Origin: Utricularia gibba
Taxonomy: Eukaryota > Plantae > Magnoliophyta
Length of the DNA stretch: 64,000 nucleotides
Assembly (NCBI GenBank): GCA_002189035.1
Contig: NEEC01000017.1
Span: forward strand, 310,001 to 374,000
Direction of reading: 5' to 3'
In this document: piece by piece, positions 1 through 12,718 of the stretch
How the letters are laid out: each line of letters opens with the position of its first letter
How positions within the stretch are numbered: position 1 is the stretch's first letter
Notes under the pieces: generated by a model
The model's input: only the letters and a program-made list of their open reading frames with translations
What the model was told of the DNA's origin: nothing
The model's database searches: none
Position numbers and translations under genes: made by a program

Positions 1-227
1 ATCAAAGGTAACTGCTTTAATGTACATCTAGGAGAAATTTGACAGAAAATATGTCATTACTTTTTTCACATTCTTTTTGTAGGATTTGGTTTTGAATAAA
101 GTAATGCACAAGATTGCATATATCTCTTTTCAAGCATGTAAAAGAATTTAAGTGATATTCTACCATCATTTGTGGATGTTTTAGGGACAAAACGATACTG
201 TTACGGTGTTTTGAAGAACCCGAGATC

Positions 228-801
228 TAGGATGTTATCATGAACGAACAACTCGTGTTCGAATTGTGTTCAACTCAATTAAAATCGTTTATGTTTGTTT
301 GAATAGTATAAATAAATGAACACAAACAAAATTCATGTTCGATTATGTTCGACTGTGTTTGATTATACTGTATAATATTATATTAAAATTATGCATTTTG
401 ATATAAAATATATTATATTAATCAACATATAAATATACTATAATTATTCTACAATATATATAATATTAGAAATTATCTTTTATGTTAGTATTTAGATTAT
501 TCATGATTTTCTATCATTTTTATCAATTAAAATATATGAAATACTAATTTATATTAAAAATATTATGTTTATATTTATGTTAAAATACTAATTTTTTTAT
601 TTTTATGTTAAAATATAAATATATTATATTTATTCATGAATGTTCGTGAACGATTGTGAACTTTAAATAAACAAAAATGAACAAAATTTTTGTTCGACTA
701 ACTTAAATAAATGAACACGAACAATTTTTTTGTTCGATAAAGTTATACAAACTAACACAAACATAGGTGTGCGTGTTCATTTGTTCGATATAACATCCCT
801 A
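228..801. mobile_element. Non-autonomous hAT-type MITE
   Basis: Left end TAGGATGTTA (228) and right end TAACATCCCTA (791-801) form a terminal inverted repeat; the left copy lacks one G. The 8-bp TSD CCGAGATC is at 220-227 and 802-809. The interior is AT-rich, with repeated subterminal TGTTCG/CGAACA motifs. Confidence 0.88.
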
Positions 802-1727
802 CCGAGATCTCATAAGAATGATATTGATATGACTAAAGATGAGAGAACATCGGAGGATCGTGATCTAGAGGGAGACCACCATGATGCACATGGGACTCTA
901 GATGACAGAGTTATATATCTAACGAAGGAGAATGGAGAGCTTTCCTACAAGCTAGAGTGGTATGCGAGCTGTTAGGCCTACACGAACCATATTTTAATGA
1001 TATTGAACCACAATAGAAGCTGATTATCTTGGATGTAAATGATGTGCTCTTAAATATTATGTACAAATATGGACCCTCAAGGTCAATATTCTCTTCGAAC
1101 AAAAATCATATATGATTGATCAAGTATTGCTTTGATTAGCACAACACATGTTTGTATCTTTTATATGCATTTGTGTGATAATACTTTATGAAATGTATTG
1201 GCTTTTTCGTTTAATATATGCAATGTATGTACGTCTATCCATGAGTTTATTAGATGATGCTTGTATAACTTTGATGTAGGCATTTGGTCAACTAATGGCA
1301 AATAATATTTTCGCATTATCTTTTTTTCTTAATAAGAATTGCAAAAAATTCTTAATATATGATGTTTTTTATAGAGATCAGTTACAATCAATCACTCAAT
1401 GGATCTTTCAACCATCATTATTTGACAAACTGTTTTTCGTATAGGATCAATTAATGACTACGGACACAAGTGTTTGTATTCACACCAATTCTGACAACAT
1501 GGTATATTTGAAGAAGTTGAGTCACTTACGGTTTGTGAACCATGAGTTGAATACAAGATATGATGATCACAATACCTTTTTGATTGATGGCTCATTTCAC
1601 AAGTAAATGAGAAATCTGATAAGTTATTTTTTATATTTGCAACTAACATGGACTTTGCTATATATCAAAATTAATCTTTCATTTTTCATGAAAACATTGT
1701 TATTTTTTCAGTTTATTATGCACACAC

Positions 1728-4700
1728 CTATGTTTTCAACCCGGCCATGAATCGATCAAGTTGACCTAGGTTACCCACATCTGAAAGATTTCCAAGCTAG
1801 GTAACTCTAAACTACTCATACCCCACATTTAATTATCTATTTTCCTTTCAATTACCTCTCTTCTCTCCTCGTTATAACAAATCCTCATGTTCTACGAATT
1901 GTTGAAGTAGCTAGAGTTTTAAAAAATCAGTTAAAGCATTTTGTTTCTATTCCAAGTTGATGCACTTACATTTTCTGAGTAAGTATGTTTTTGGCTTTTC
2001 TTCATGTTTCGCTTAACTTTTTTTTATATATTTTTTTGTTTGTATTTGAGATTTCCAGAAATGAGATTTTATTAAATTGTTGAAAAAATATCTTTTGAAA
2101 GTCTTGGGCAACATTGTTCTTCAATAATTATTTGTGCTTCTTATTTACATACAATCACTTCCATCAAGAAATAGCAACATTTCTGATGAATGTTAAAATT
2201 TTGCAGTAATTAAACAAGTGAATGAACATGAATGTATTTCATGCACATTATGATAAAGAAGGTAGGATATATAGATTAAAATTATGTCTTATTAGTATAA
2301 AAGGGGAGGTAACACCATGTACTCATGTTCCTCTTGATGTGAGAAATAAAATAGAAGTACATTTTGATGATATGAAAAGTATGTAGAAAAAGAAAAGAAG
2401 AACATGAACTTTAGATGAGTTTGTTGATTTTCTTGATGTGGATATAATAATTGATGATGTAGCAAGATTGCGGAGTGAGGACAATGTTATAAAAGAAATG
2501 TTAACAGTAAAAAATGTTCAACCATCCTTAAAGAAGTTTTGGACTTGAAAGTATGCAATAGCAAGAGCACATATGGAAACTGCTAAGTTCTTCTATGATA
2601 TTTGTATTTCAACTCATTATTTTTTAAACAATTTAGAGTTTCATACTCATATGTCCTGATGATAAGGTTCTTAATTCCTCTAATTGTATCACAAAGTTTG
2701 CTTCAAAAACTACTTCAATCTGATCGTCATAGCATTTGGAGGAGTCTATAACTCATGCAATTTATCTTGGTAATTTATTTATATTTTTTATTTACTAAAA
2801 TTTTTTTATGTGTGTTGTTGTTATTATGATTTTTTGTTTATTACAACTTATATACTTTCATGTCTATTATTATAATATTATTTAGTTATTTAACTTATAT
2901 AAATATTGGAGCTATGATTTGTTTGAATTGTTTTTTGAATTATATTATTTTATATTATTTAGGCTTGTTTTTTTAGCTATGGAAAGCAATAATATCAATG
3001 ACACACCATAACTAGGTCATGATTAGTGATCGGCAGAACTTGAAAAATTTCTGGATGATGTTGATGTTGTTTTACGTGCATTGTAGGGACTTCAGTAGGT
3101 AGTTGAGCAGCCATTTTTTCGTAATAGATGAATTTGAAGTTAGTTCTCTCTTTTTCGCCAAAAATGTGCGCTCAATCTCCGGATCAAAAGGGCACAAAAT
3201 TTCTAGTCACGATCTCCAGCTTTGGTGACCCTTCGGTGGAGCTGAATGCATAAAAATAAAGAAAAACAGAAGCAAAACGGAAATAAAAGAAAAACAAGAA
3301 GAAAGATTGAAAAAGAAAAATTATACACAACACTTAACACAAAAATACACAACTCCCTGGCAATGGCGCCAAAAATTTTTTGCGTGTCATTTCGTCAATA
3401 AATTTAAAATATTTATAACACGTAAAACACAAAAGAGCATAGTACGAGTATCGATCTCATGGAGTTGTTTTTCGTGAAAAGTGTTTTGTAAGAAACTTCT
3501 ACAAAATGTCACGATTTTGTAAAAGAGGGTTTGTCAAATGCATAAATAAAAGTTACAACCTAAGTGATGGGCCTCGACTATGGGACACAGTTCATGGGAA
3601 TGAGATTCTATCTCCTTCCTTTGTCTATCCTTGCCTCGGTTTTCATTGATTTCTTCCGAATAGCTGGTTATAGGAGCAAGGAATAGCCTACTCTCTCTTA
3701 CACTCTGATTGACAAGGAGACACGAGAATAACTTCATCTGGTTCCCCTTGGACGATTAGAAAGACAAGAAGATTGCCATCGATTGCCTTCAAAACCGAAT
3801 TGCGCACATGTGCCCAATTGTTGCCAATGGCTAGTGGCAGGTCCGAAATCACAACCTGTCCACTGTCATGGTACCTAGGACACAAACAATCCGCTACTTC
3901 CTCGAACCGGCAGGGTTGGTGTTGGTGTTTTCACCTGAATCTTTACCAAAATCCACGAGGAGTGGCCTGCTACTCCTGGACCTTGACTATGAGTCGTTAC
4001 AGAAAGATTACAACAAGATGCGTGGAAGTATGCGAAATCCGAAATGAATTCAGTGAAGAACCGAGTATATTGCTCAAGACTTAGAAGTAAACTTCATCTT
4101 CTTCCAGAAACTAAAAGAGTTTAGCCCGAAAGGGCAATGAAAACAGAAATGAAAACAGAATCTAAGTATTCTTCCTCATTGAAAGGGAGGAAGAACTCAA
4201 AAGTCCTAAGTCTAGAAAGGAAATGGCAAAATTACGAAAATAAGTGTTCCAAGTTGTTTTTACATCACTCCCCACGTGCATTAACTCCTTCTGGTCCTCT
4301 TTCCATCATTCCTTCTATCTCGCGTTCACCACCATCTTTCCTTTGCGTGCAAGTTAGCGTCGAGTCATTTCTGCAGACTCTGACATATCGTAAGTCAGAG
4401 GCCTTGACCAGTGTCAATTTTCCGACCACAATTGTTCTAAGTCGCGTACAAGGCACGAAAAGTCAAAGTTTGACCTCCATCAATACTCCTGCAATACTCT
4501 ACGACTGCCTCTTAATATGTCTCGGTCAAAATGCACAAAAAAAGACAGAAAATATATACAAAATTGGAAAATAGAGTTTTTCTAAAGAAATATAATATTT
4601 ATCAATATAAATCTTAAATTGGGCAACTTAACACTAGATTAATACATAATAATGCCTAATAATAAACTAGAAAATGACATTTAACAAACAAGTTGCTAAG

Positions 4701-5654
4701 AATAAAAAATTACACTCAGGTACAATCTATCGTGTTTTTTATATTTTTTAAATCATATATATTATAATTGGATATATGTATGTTTGTAGCTTAATGGTGG
4801 AGGTTATTTGGATCAAGTATCCCTTTACTAAGGGATTTTTGGACAAACAAACTCATCTTCAGGTTGTAAAAGAAACTGGAAAGTTTTTGACATTATACAT
4901 ACAAAGAAACTTTTAAATGGCAGTTTGATTAATTAATTAACTTTGATTGATGTGTATAATATATTTTATATGTATTTAATTTTTAAATGGCAGTTTGAAA
5001 GTGAGCTCTATGATCCTATTCATGTTAATCATATTGATGATATTGATACTTGGATTACGGAAGATGATGATGATCCATTTCTTGATGTGGAAGATATAGA
5101 AAATGTTATTTATGAAGAGATAAATCCAGCCAAAGTTGATGAAGAAAAATTAAATTATGAATAGTTCAATTTTACTTTGTTAATTTGATGGAGAATATTT
5201 TTTCAAGTTATTATAATTATGTTGATGGTTGATTGATTATATTATTGATCATGCAGATTTAGACCTACCGATTCCAGAATCAATTCAATCTGATGACACT
5301 TTAAATTATGTAATTCTCAACAGCATTAATCTAGAGATGGATGATGAAATTTCCATTGGATTGAATACAAATGAAGATGCTAATAATGAAGATGTGTAAG
5401 ATTTGATATTCATGCTTCTATTAGTAGAAACATATAAGATGTGTATTTTTAAATTTATTTCGTATTATTTAATTGATATTTGATATTGACATTTGATAAT
5501 TTAATTGTATTTAATATATCATTTGGAAAATTATGTATTATTTGTACTAATTTCGAATTTAGTTGATCTCATTCTCTTTGACCGGTCAAAACTAGATTTT
5601 GAACAAAATCGGTCTCCTACCGGTTCGGTTTGTAAAGCCGATTTGAAAACATAG
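1728..5654 (+). mobile_element. Decayed hAT DNA transposon (DUF659 plus hAT dimerisation domain remnants)
   Basis: Inverted ends CTATGTTTTCAA (1728) and TTGAAAACATAG (5643-5654). Degenerate peptides: TAKFFYDICI (~2580), WWRLFGSS (~4790), GQTNSSSGCKRNWKVFDIIHTKK (4831-4910; resembles the hAT SSSGCERNWS motif) and YDPIHVNHIDDIDTWI (~5010). No TSD was found. Confidence 0.72.
3040..4720 (-). mobile_element. Athila-like Ty3/gypsy fragment (LTR plus PBS) nested in the hAT element
   Basis: A minus-strand PBS TGGCGCCATTGCCAGGGAG (3353-3371) lies close to an LTR terminus ending in CA (plus-strand TGCGTGTC at 3381). The fragment interrupts the hAT coding remnants. Outer boundaries are approximate. Confidence 0.55.
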
Positions 5655-6126
5655 GTTTGGATAACTTGGTTGTTGACTTACCTTTAAATTTGTGGTCGTT
5701 AAGATTATTATTGTTTAATTTAAATTTGTTAAGATATTATTGTTTAGATAAGTGAAATATAGAACAAATAAAAACTCAGTTCTAGACATTTCAAATGATT
5801 AAATGACATGTAATATAAATTTAAAATAAAAAAAATATTTACTCAATCCAAATGATACTTAGGGATCGATTGGTAATACAAATTTGAAATTAAAAAAATA
5901 TACACTTGTTCCGAAACCGAAACCATACTAACGCTCGCATCCCCGAATTGAACCTAACCAAATTGGAACCGATTACAATACTACACTACATGGCATTAAC
6001 TTTCATGATTTGGGACCTTACCCCTAGCACCCACCGTGGTCTGCCGGAGACTAGCACCATAGTCCACCATGTCAGGTGCTACCTCCCTCCAACTCATGAT
6101 TGGAGATAAAGCATCAAAATACTCAA

Positions 6127-7255
6127 TGATAAACGAAAATTTTAGCAATGTCATTGCAATAAAACCAAATTTTCGTATCAAATGAATTTATAAGTTCTAA
6201 TCTACACAAAATACAAATTTAGAAAACTTATATAGTGGATTTTCGGGGTTGATCATGAAGAGCTTGTGTTTGCTTTGTATTTCAGCAAATGCAGAATTTG
6301 GAATAATAGTGGACTTTAGTCTAAGCTCAAACTAATAGTTGTAAACAAGTTCAGTAAACAAGATCAAATCTCAACGCTGAAGATAATAGATACTAGTTTT
6401 AACACAGACTAATGCGAAAATGTCTTAAGGGTCTATAGTTGATGTGGTGTTAAAATGCCTAATCTAATTTACAATGTTACTATACTCACAATTTCAAACA
6501 ACTTAAGTCTACTCAGGTCATTCATCACATTTTCGGCTAAGCTAATCCCAAATATCATCACCAACCTTGCAATTAGGTCTACCCATATGCAAAGTATATA
6601 AAATTAGGTCTACCCGATTGTACTAGTTTTACCTTGGACTAATACCTATTGCGCCTACCTTGATTTGTTAATCTACCTCTAAATCAAGTATCTGAGTTGC
6701 AAAGCTACTTGTTCCCCTCCTTAGATCTACCCATGGAATGATAGAAACAAGAACTAAGAAACAAACACAAATTATATTATTAACCCTAGACTCATGTCAC
6801 CATGCTTTACCTTAAGGCATCCCTAAAGTTTTAGCTACTCATACTTGGAAAATAAAACATGCTTTCATTTAGACAATGTAGTGAAAATGATAGGAACATT
6901 GTAAGAAAGTCTGATACAAAAACTTAAAACGTTCAATAAATGAAAAGGGAGTAAATATTGTTCTGATGCCCATTGGCTACCGTTCACGGCCCAGAACAGT
7001 AGCGCTAAATTGGGCTTTGGTTCTGTTCTTGAGGATGAAGCCCTCCTTCTCCTCTTCTAGTTGGTTCTTCGTGTTGTGAAAGAGGTCCCCTCGTGTGTGT
7101 GTTGTGCGTGTCTGTTCTTCCCGCTCTCTTTTCTGATTCCAGCTCATTTTCTGATGACTTTGGCTTGCATTCCAGCTCATATACTCTTCTATTCGAGGTC
7201 TGTTTTCTGATTATGTGCCTAGAATGCTCAACCAACTCCTCAAGTACTCAAGAGC
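6127..7255 (-). mobile_element. Partial Athila-like LTR, same family as the solo LTR at 61803-63217
   Basis: Begins TGATAAACGAAAATTTTAGCAATGTC. It is collinear with 61803-62740 for about 900 bp (e.g. GAGGATGAAG at 7031 and ~62707) and is truncated on the right, where gag sequence begins. Confidence 0.75.
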
Positions 7256-7257
7256 TT

Positions 7258-8023
7258 ATGTGGGAGTTTTTTTCCTCAAAAATCCACCTGCTGCAGAGTC
7301 CACCATGGCCCTATCCGTGCATAGAAGACCATCATAAAAATACTTGACCAATGTATTGGTCTGAAATCCATGGTGTGGACAGGAGCCTAGCAGGTGATTA
7401 AAACGCTCTCAATATTCATGTAAAGATTCACCATTTGACTGCTCAATATCACTGATCTCCTTCCTTATTCCTTCAGCTTTTAAAGCAGGGAAATATTTGC
7501 TGAGAAATACTTTCTTCATCCCACTCCAATCCGTGATGCTCCCAGGCTTCAAAGAGTTGAACCATGTTTTTGCACTTCCTTCCAGTGTAAATTGGAATGC
7601 CCTCAAACAGATGGCATCCTCAGTCATACCAGCACTCTTGAAAGAGGTGCAAACAGCAGTCACGTTGTCAAGACGTTCATGTGGGTTTTCACCCACTTTT
7701 TCACAATACTTGGGCAGAAAATTAATCATAGCTGGCTTTAATTCGTTGGCTGTGTCATCAGAGAACCTAATACACAGCCATCTGTACGTGTGGTCAACTG
7801 CATCAAGCTCATTCAGGGTCTTCTCATGTTCTGCCATATTGAAATTAGCTTGAGTAACAGCAGGGAGTCTGCTCAACCTTGCTGCTTCTCTCACTCTTGT
7901 GCGGTTCTTGCCGATAGTTCTCTCGATTTCTGGGTGGAAAACAAGATCACCTGCACTAGAAGAACGCAAATGCATCAACTGATTCACAAAACAATTAAAC
8001 ACTGCTCCCGATAACGACGCCAA
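7258..8023 (-). pseudogene. Athila-like retrotransposon gag, truncated, with a premature stop
   Basis: ORF 7409-8023 has retrotransposon gag motifs (LRAFQFTLEGSAKTWFNSLKPGSITDWSGMKKVFLSKYFP). After the stop at 7409 the same frame continues ERFNHLLGSCPHHGFQTNTLVKYFYDGL...VDSAAGG. No pol follows. Confidence 0.85.
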
Positions 8024-8025
8024 TT

Positions 8026-9196
8026 TGATAAACGAAAAATTTACACGTCGTAAATGTAAATCTTCCTATCAAATAAATTTATAACCTAATACACGTTCAA
8101 GCATAAAACAATTATGAGCATAGTGATTAGGGTTGAACACGAAAAGCAGGTGCTTGCTATGTGAAGGTTAATGCATGAAATCAGTGTCACGTTGATAAAA
8201 TTGGTCTTAGCTAGGACTAAGGCAGAACTAAAACGAAATACAATAAGGAAAAGTAACAAGTTCTGGAGCTCGGTTGTTTCTGGAATGGAATGGGTGATGC
8301 CTTGGGACTCCTAGGGGATGTATACTTATCACTAAACAAGCTCACACAAAACACAAATCATACAACTAACTCACAAGATATAGGTCTACCTAGATTCTTG
8401 TTTTTCCCCCTAATCTTTGGTCTACCTCTAATTAGGGTTGTTCAGTTGGGTTTCACTACTTCCCCCTCCTGGATCTATCTTGGTTTGTTAAGGATGTAGC
8501 GTGACTTATGGTTTATTAGGTCTAAGGATGGATTAGCATATTTCTCCTGTTTTCACCCCAAGGCACCCCCTTAAGTGCTTAGCCACTCATGCTTAAGACA
8601 AACGAAAATAGAAGAGAAAACATCATCCACAATGCATTCATGTCTCAATCGACTACTAGAAAATAAACAAGCAGGAAATTGAAATGTTCGACAGAAAACT
8701 AGAAAACGTCGCTAGCTAATCTTAACTAGGAGTAATAATCCTTGAAAAACAGAAAATAATCTTCAAGCATGAGCTTAGTTCCTGTTCGTCTTCATCCTTC
8801 TTCCTCCCCAAAAAACCTTCTCCAGAAAGTTGTTCGTGAGTCTCTAAGGGGAGATCTGTCTTCTCTCCCCACCTTTCCTCCCTTTTTGTCCAAAATCTCC
8901 TTTTTTCACCTTCTTGGACTTTGTGTGTACTCTTTTTCAGACTTCTGTCACCTTCTCTGCCACCACACTGTTCATATTCGACTCCTTGGGATTTGTGTTG
9001 CGACCTATGCTGCATTGCTCGAAGGGAACTGTTAGAAGATTGAGACTAAATCGCAGATTTAGTCCCAACTAAGACTAAAAGTGCACTCCTACGGTACTTA
9101 TGTGCAAAAATATAGAAACATGCAATTAAGCTTAATTTTTGTAGCACAAAATGAGTAAATTCTATGCATTGAACCACTCAAAAATATATGTTATCA
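8026..9196 (-). mobile_element. Athila-like 5' LTR with PBS
   Basis: TGATAA...TTATCA termini span 1171 bp. The adjacent minus-strand PBS TGGCGTCGTTATCGGGAG (8005-8022) lies between the LTR and the bulk of gag. Confidence 0.75.
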
Positions 9197-12100
9197 GTTC
9201 TCTACATTTTTTTATTCTCTTTCCCTCTTTTTCAAAAGTGAACTACATATGAATGTGCATTTAGTCATGTATTGACAAGAATAATATTGTACTTCTTTTA
9301 TACATTTTCTATATATATTGGAAGTTGATAACAAATATGATGCACAACTAGATTCATTGCTTCGGTGTAGTTTGCTGTCATGATGGTATGCCTATAAAAT
9401 ACAATGTAGTGTTAGCATATAAAAATATAGCTTTTGTAGTAGATGGATAAATAATATATCTAACTCTTATTGAATGCAATGAAAATTATGAAGAAACCTA
9501 GTAAACATAACAATATTACTAAATCTGATTTTGAAAAATTAGTTTCAAACTAGAAAAATGAGAATAATGTAGAATCAAAATCGACTTCATGAAGAATCAC
9601 TTCTAGGAACATTCTCTAAATGAAAATTATCATTTAGAAGAAAAATCAGAGTTCTTATGAGATGGTGAATGACTTGTATTCGATCAATATTGTACAATTG
9701 TCGAGTCCTCTTCATTATAGGAATATGAGTATGAGTTATGTTATTGTTGATAATAATATAAGCATGAGACTAATGACTCAGGTGCTCTTGATTATATCAA
9801 CTTGCATCCAATGGTCCCAACTCCCATCACACTTGTACATGTTGACCAAATGCACGGGACATATATTTTCTATGTCCCCTAAGTGAGAATTACATAATTC
9901 ACTTACAATTCGAATTAATGTGTAGGAAAAAGTCACATTTTGTTTGATTTCTTGTCTTATTACAAATTCAAACTTGCAAATTGAAGTGTTTCAAAGATAT
10001 TGTGATGCATGACTGTGGATAGTCTAAAAATGTATATTTGAGGTTGAGAACCATCGTGATAATCTTAAAATGGATAATAAACAAAAAAAAAAGCACACGA
10101 GCATTATTTATCTATAAACTACATCCATATATACCAATTATATTGGCATGGAATATAGTTAACGTATATACCAAAATCCTATAATCATATAATCACACTA
10201 GCATGGGATATGCTTAACTCATGTGCATGTGTCCGCATTCAATAGAATGTGTATAATTACATTAAGTGTCAATTTATATGGATTCAAACAAAATATGAAT
10301 CTATCAAGTACGATTTTAAATTGAAAAGTCTCTATCAATGTGATTTTGCTCATAATTTTATGTTATTTTCTTGTATATATACCCCGATATATCATAAGAT
10401 CAATATTATCAAACTTTTTCATCAAGAAGCTATTATGGTTCTATTTTTTTCGAATTTTATTATTATTGTTATTTTAGATATACGTTCATATATTAAATGT
10501 ATTTGATTTTTACATAATAGTATGCTTAGTAATTCTTTATTACATGTCAATATCTTTATTTTATAATCATTTTTTCTTCTTCATGAGAAATTAATATTAA
10601 ATATATTATTATGATCTTATTTTTAAATTTATTTTATTATTTTGTTAGTTGATATGTATGAAATATATAATTTTGATTAAATTTTATTTATTCAATTACT
10701 TATATGGATTATTTTTAAAAAAAATTAAAGATAGCTGAATTTAAATGGAATTGTGAAATTTCAATGAAGTATAACATTGTTATCGCTTCAAATGATGTTA
10801 TAATTTATTCTTATCCATGTGATAGTTTTTTTGATTTAACAATTTTTCATTGGAGTGTAATTTAAGTTGGATTGTGTTTTACTTTTCTATCATTTACTAT
10901 TCTTAACTGCAATTAATTTTTCCATTGGTGTGATTTCACAATCTGCTTATATTATGATATTTTCATTCTTTATATTTTGTGAAGAATAACACTATGATAT
11001 TTCTAATACATTTTTTTGCCCTAGTCTCACTGAGAAGGGATTCGAGAATGTAAATGTAATTTTTTGTTTGGTATAATCAATGTTATTGTCACTTTTGATA
11101 TAAATTTGACATTTCTTTTTTCATATGAAGATGAAAACATAATAAAAAAGTCTATATCATTAATAGACATAGATAGATTAGAAAAATAAGTAGTATTTGA
11201 TAATGTCACAATCAATAATTACCATTAATAAATATATAGTAGAGGTGGATATCTCCAAAAATGAAGTTAAAAATGTATGTCTAATGTAGTCAATTATTTA
11301 CATCTTCATATTTTATTTTACACTTTGTATTTATTTACTAATATGTTTTTGTCATTTTCGTAATATTGACAAATTAAAAGAGAGATGCGTGTTGGAGAAT
11401 TAGATTTCACAAAAAAATATATTAAAATAATAGAACTAAAAAAGTGAATACAGAAGTAAAATCTTGAATATTGTCATAATTATGGATTCACTCAAAATGT
11501 ATTGCGTATGCAAAAGAAATGAGCAGAACTTTATACATAATTAATTGAATCTTATTAGTATGAAACAATGTATTATATATGATATTTTTCCATAAAATTT
11601 GAAAAAAATAATAAACTATTTTATATGTTTTAATTACATCATCTTAAAGTATATAATTTCAATAATTATATATAAATTACATTCGTATTTGATGAATTTT
11701 TATTATCTTTCATAATTACTTATCTAGATCTTTAAAAATGTTTTAGAATACAAAGAAATGTCTTCCATTGCATCATATTTAATAAATAAAATGAAGGTAT
11801 ATCTGATGGCTTTTTAGGATAATATATAAAATTTAATTAAAATGATTTTTTATAATAGTTATCTATATTTAATAAAAGTAATATTTTAATACCAGGATAT
11901 GGTATTTTTAAAGATAAATATGTATATTGTTTAATTAGAATTCATAACTTCAGAATATAATAATTTAATACTTATTTATAAATAATTACATTTTAAAAAA
12001 TAATAAATGGATGACATTTAATGATTCATGTGGTAAAGTATTGGATATACAATTAAGAGCAAGTATGTTTAAAAGTATGTTCGAAAAAAAAATCTTTACA

Positions 12101-12541
12101 ATGTGATTTCAACAAAAATAAAAATTATGTTAAAATAATAATTAATATATATTTAGAAATATTCTTTTAAATGAGTATTATAAATTAATTAAAATATGGT
12201 TGTGGAAAAATAATAGGTGCTTTTTATGTTTAATATAACTTTGACTCATATTTATCATTATCTGTGTTTTACAAATTTGTAGATTACAAATTATATCATA
12301 TTAACTATTTATATGATATAAATATATAAAACATATTTTATTTAAAATTTAAATTAATTTAATTACATAAATATTATTCATAATTAATTGCTATTTTAAA
12401 ACTAAAATTAGATATTTTGCAAATCTAGTAGTCAAATTTAGCGTGATAAGGACCACACCCCATTCTCTTTCATTTAGTATCGGCCCTTCTGCTACCGTGG
12501 AAGCGATAGGGTGAAGGGCATGGAGACCTGGACAGGATCCG

Positions 12542-12561
12542 GTGCGTCATGGCAAACGTCA
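12542..12561 (-). promoter_or_regulatory. as-1/ocs-like element (TGA bZIP binding site) upstream of CYP72A copy 1
   Basis: The reverse complement TGACGTTTGCCATGACGCAC matches CaMV as-1 TGACGTAAGGGATGACGCAC at 16 of 20 positions. The two TGACG half-sites are 12 bp apart. TATAAAT is at 12680-12686. Confidence 0.7.
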
Positions 12562-12718
12562 TCCTCATCGGTGTGAATCAGCGGCACTGGGGTGAATTTT
12601 GGTGATTGAGAAACTTAAGGCACACGCATATATAGAGTTTTATGAGAAGTTCGCGACTTCCTGCTCATCTTCTTCAACTTATAAATCTGTTGAAACCATA
12701 GGGAAGTGAATGCATTCC

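Noticed and set aside
3534-4574. ORFs of 63-145 aa as genes
   Set aside because: They lie within LTR sequence, overlap on both strands and have no domain signature.
1720-5662. 8-bp TSD for the large hAT element
   Set aside because: The flanks do not match under any TIR boundary I tried.
9380-10050. Helitron or MULE/FAR1 coding remnant
   Set aside because: A few peptide-like stretches are visible but too degenerate to assign without a profile search.
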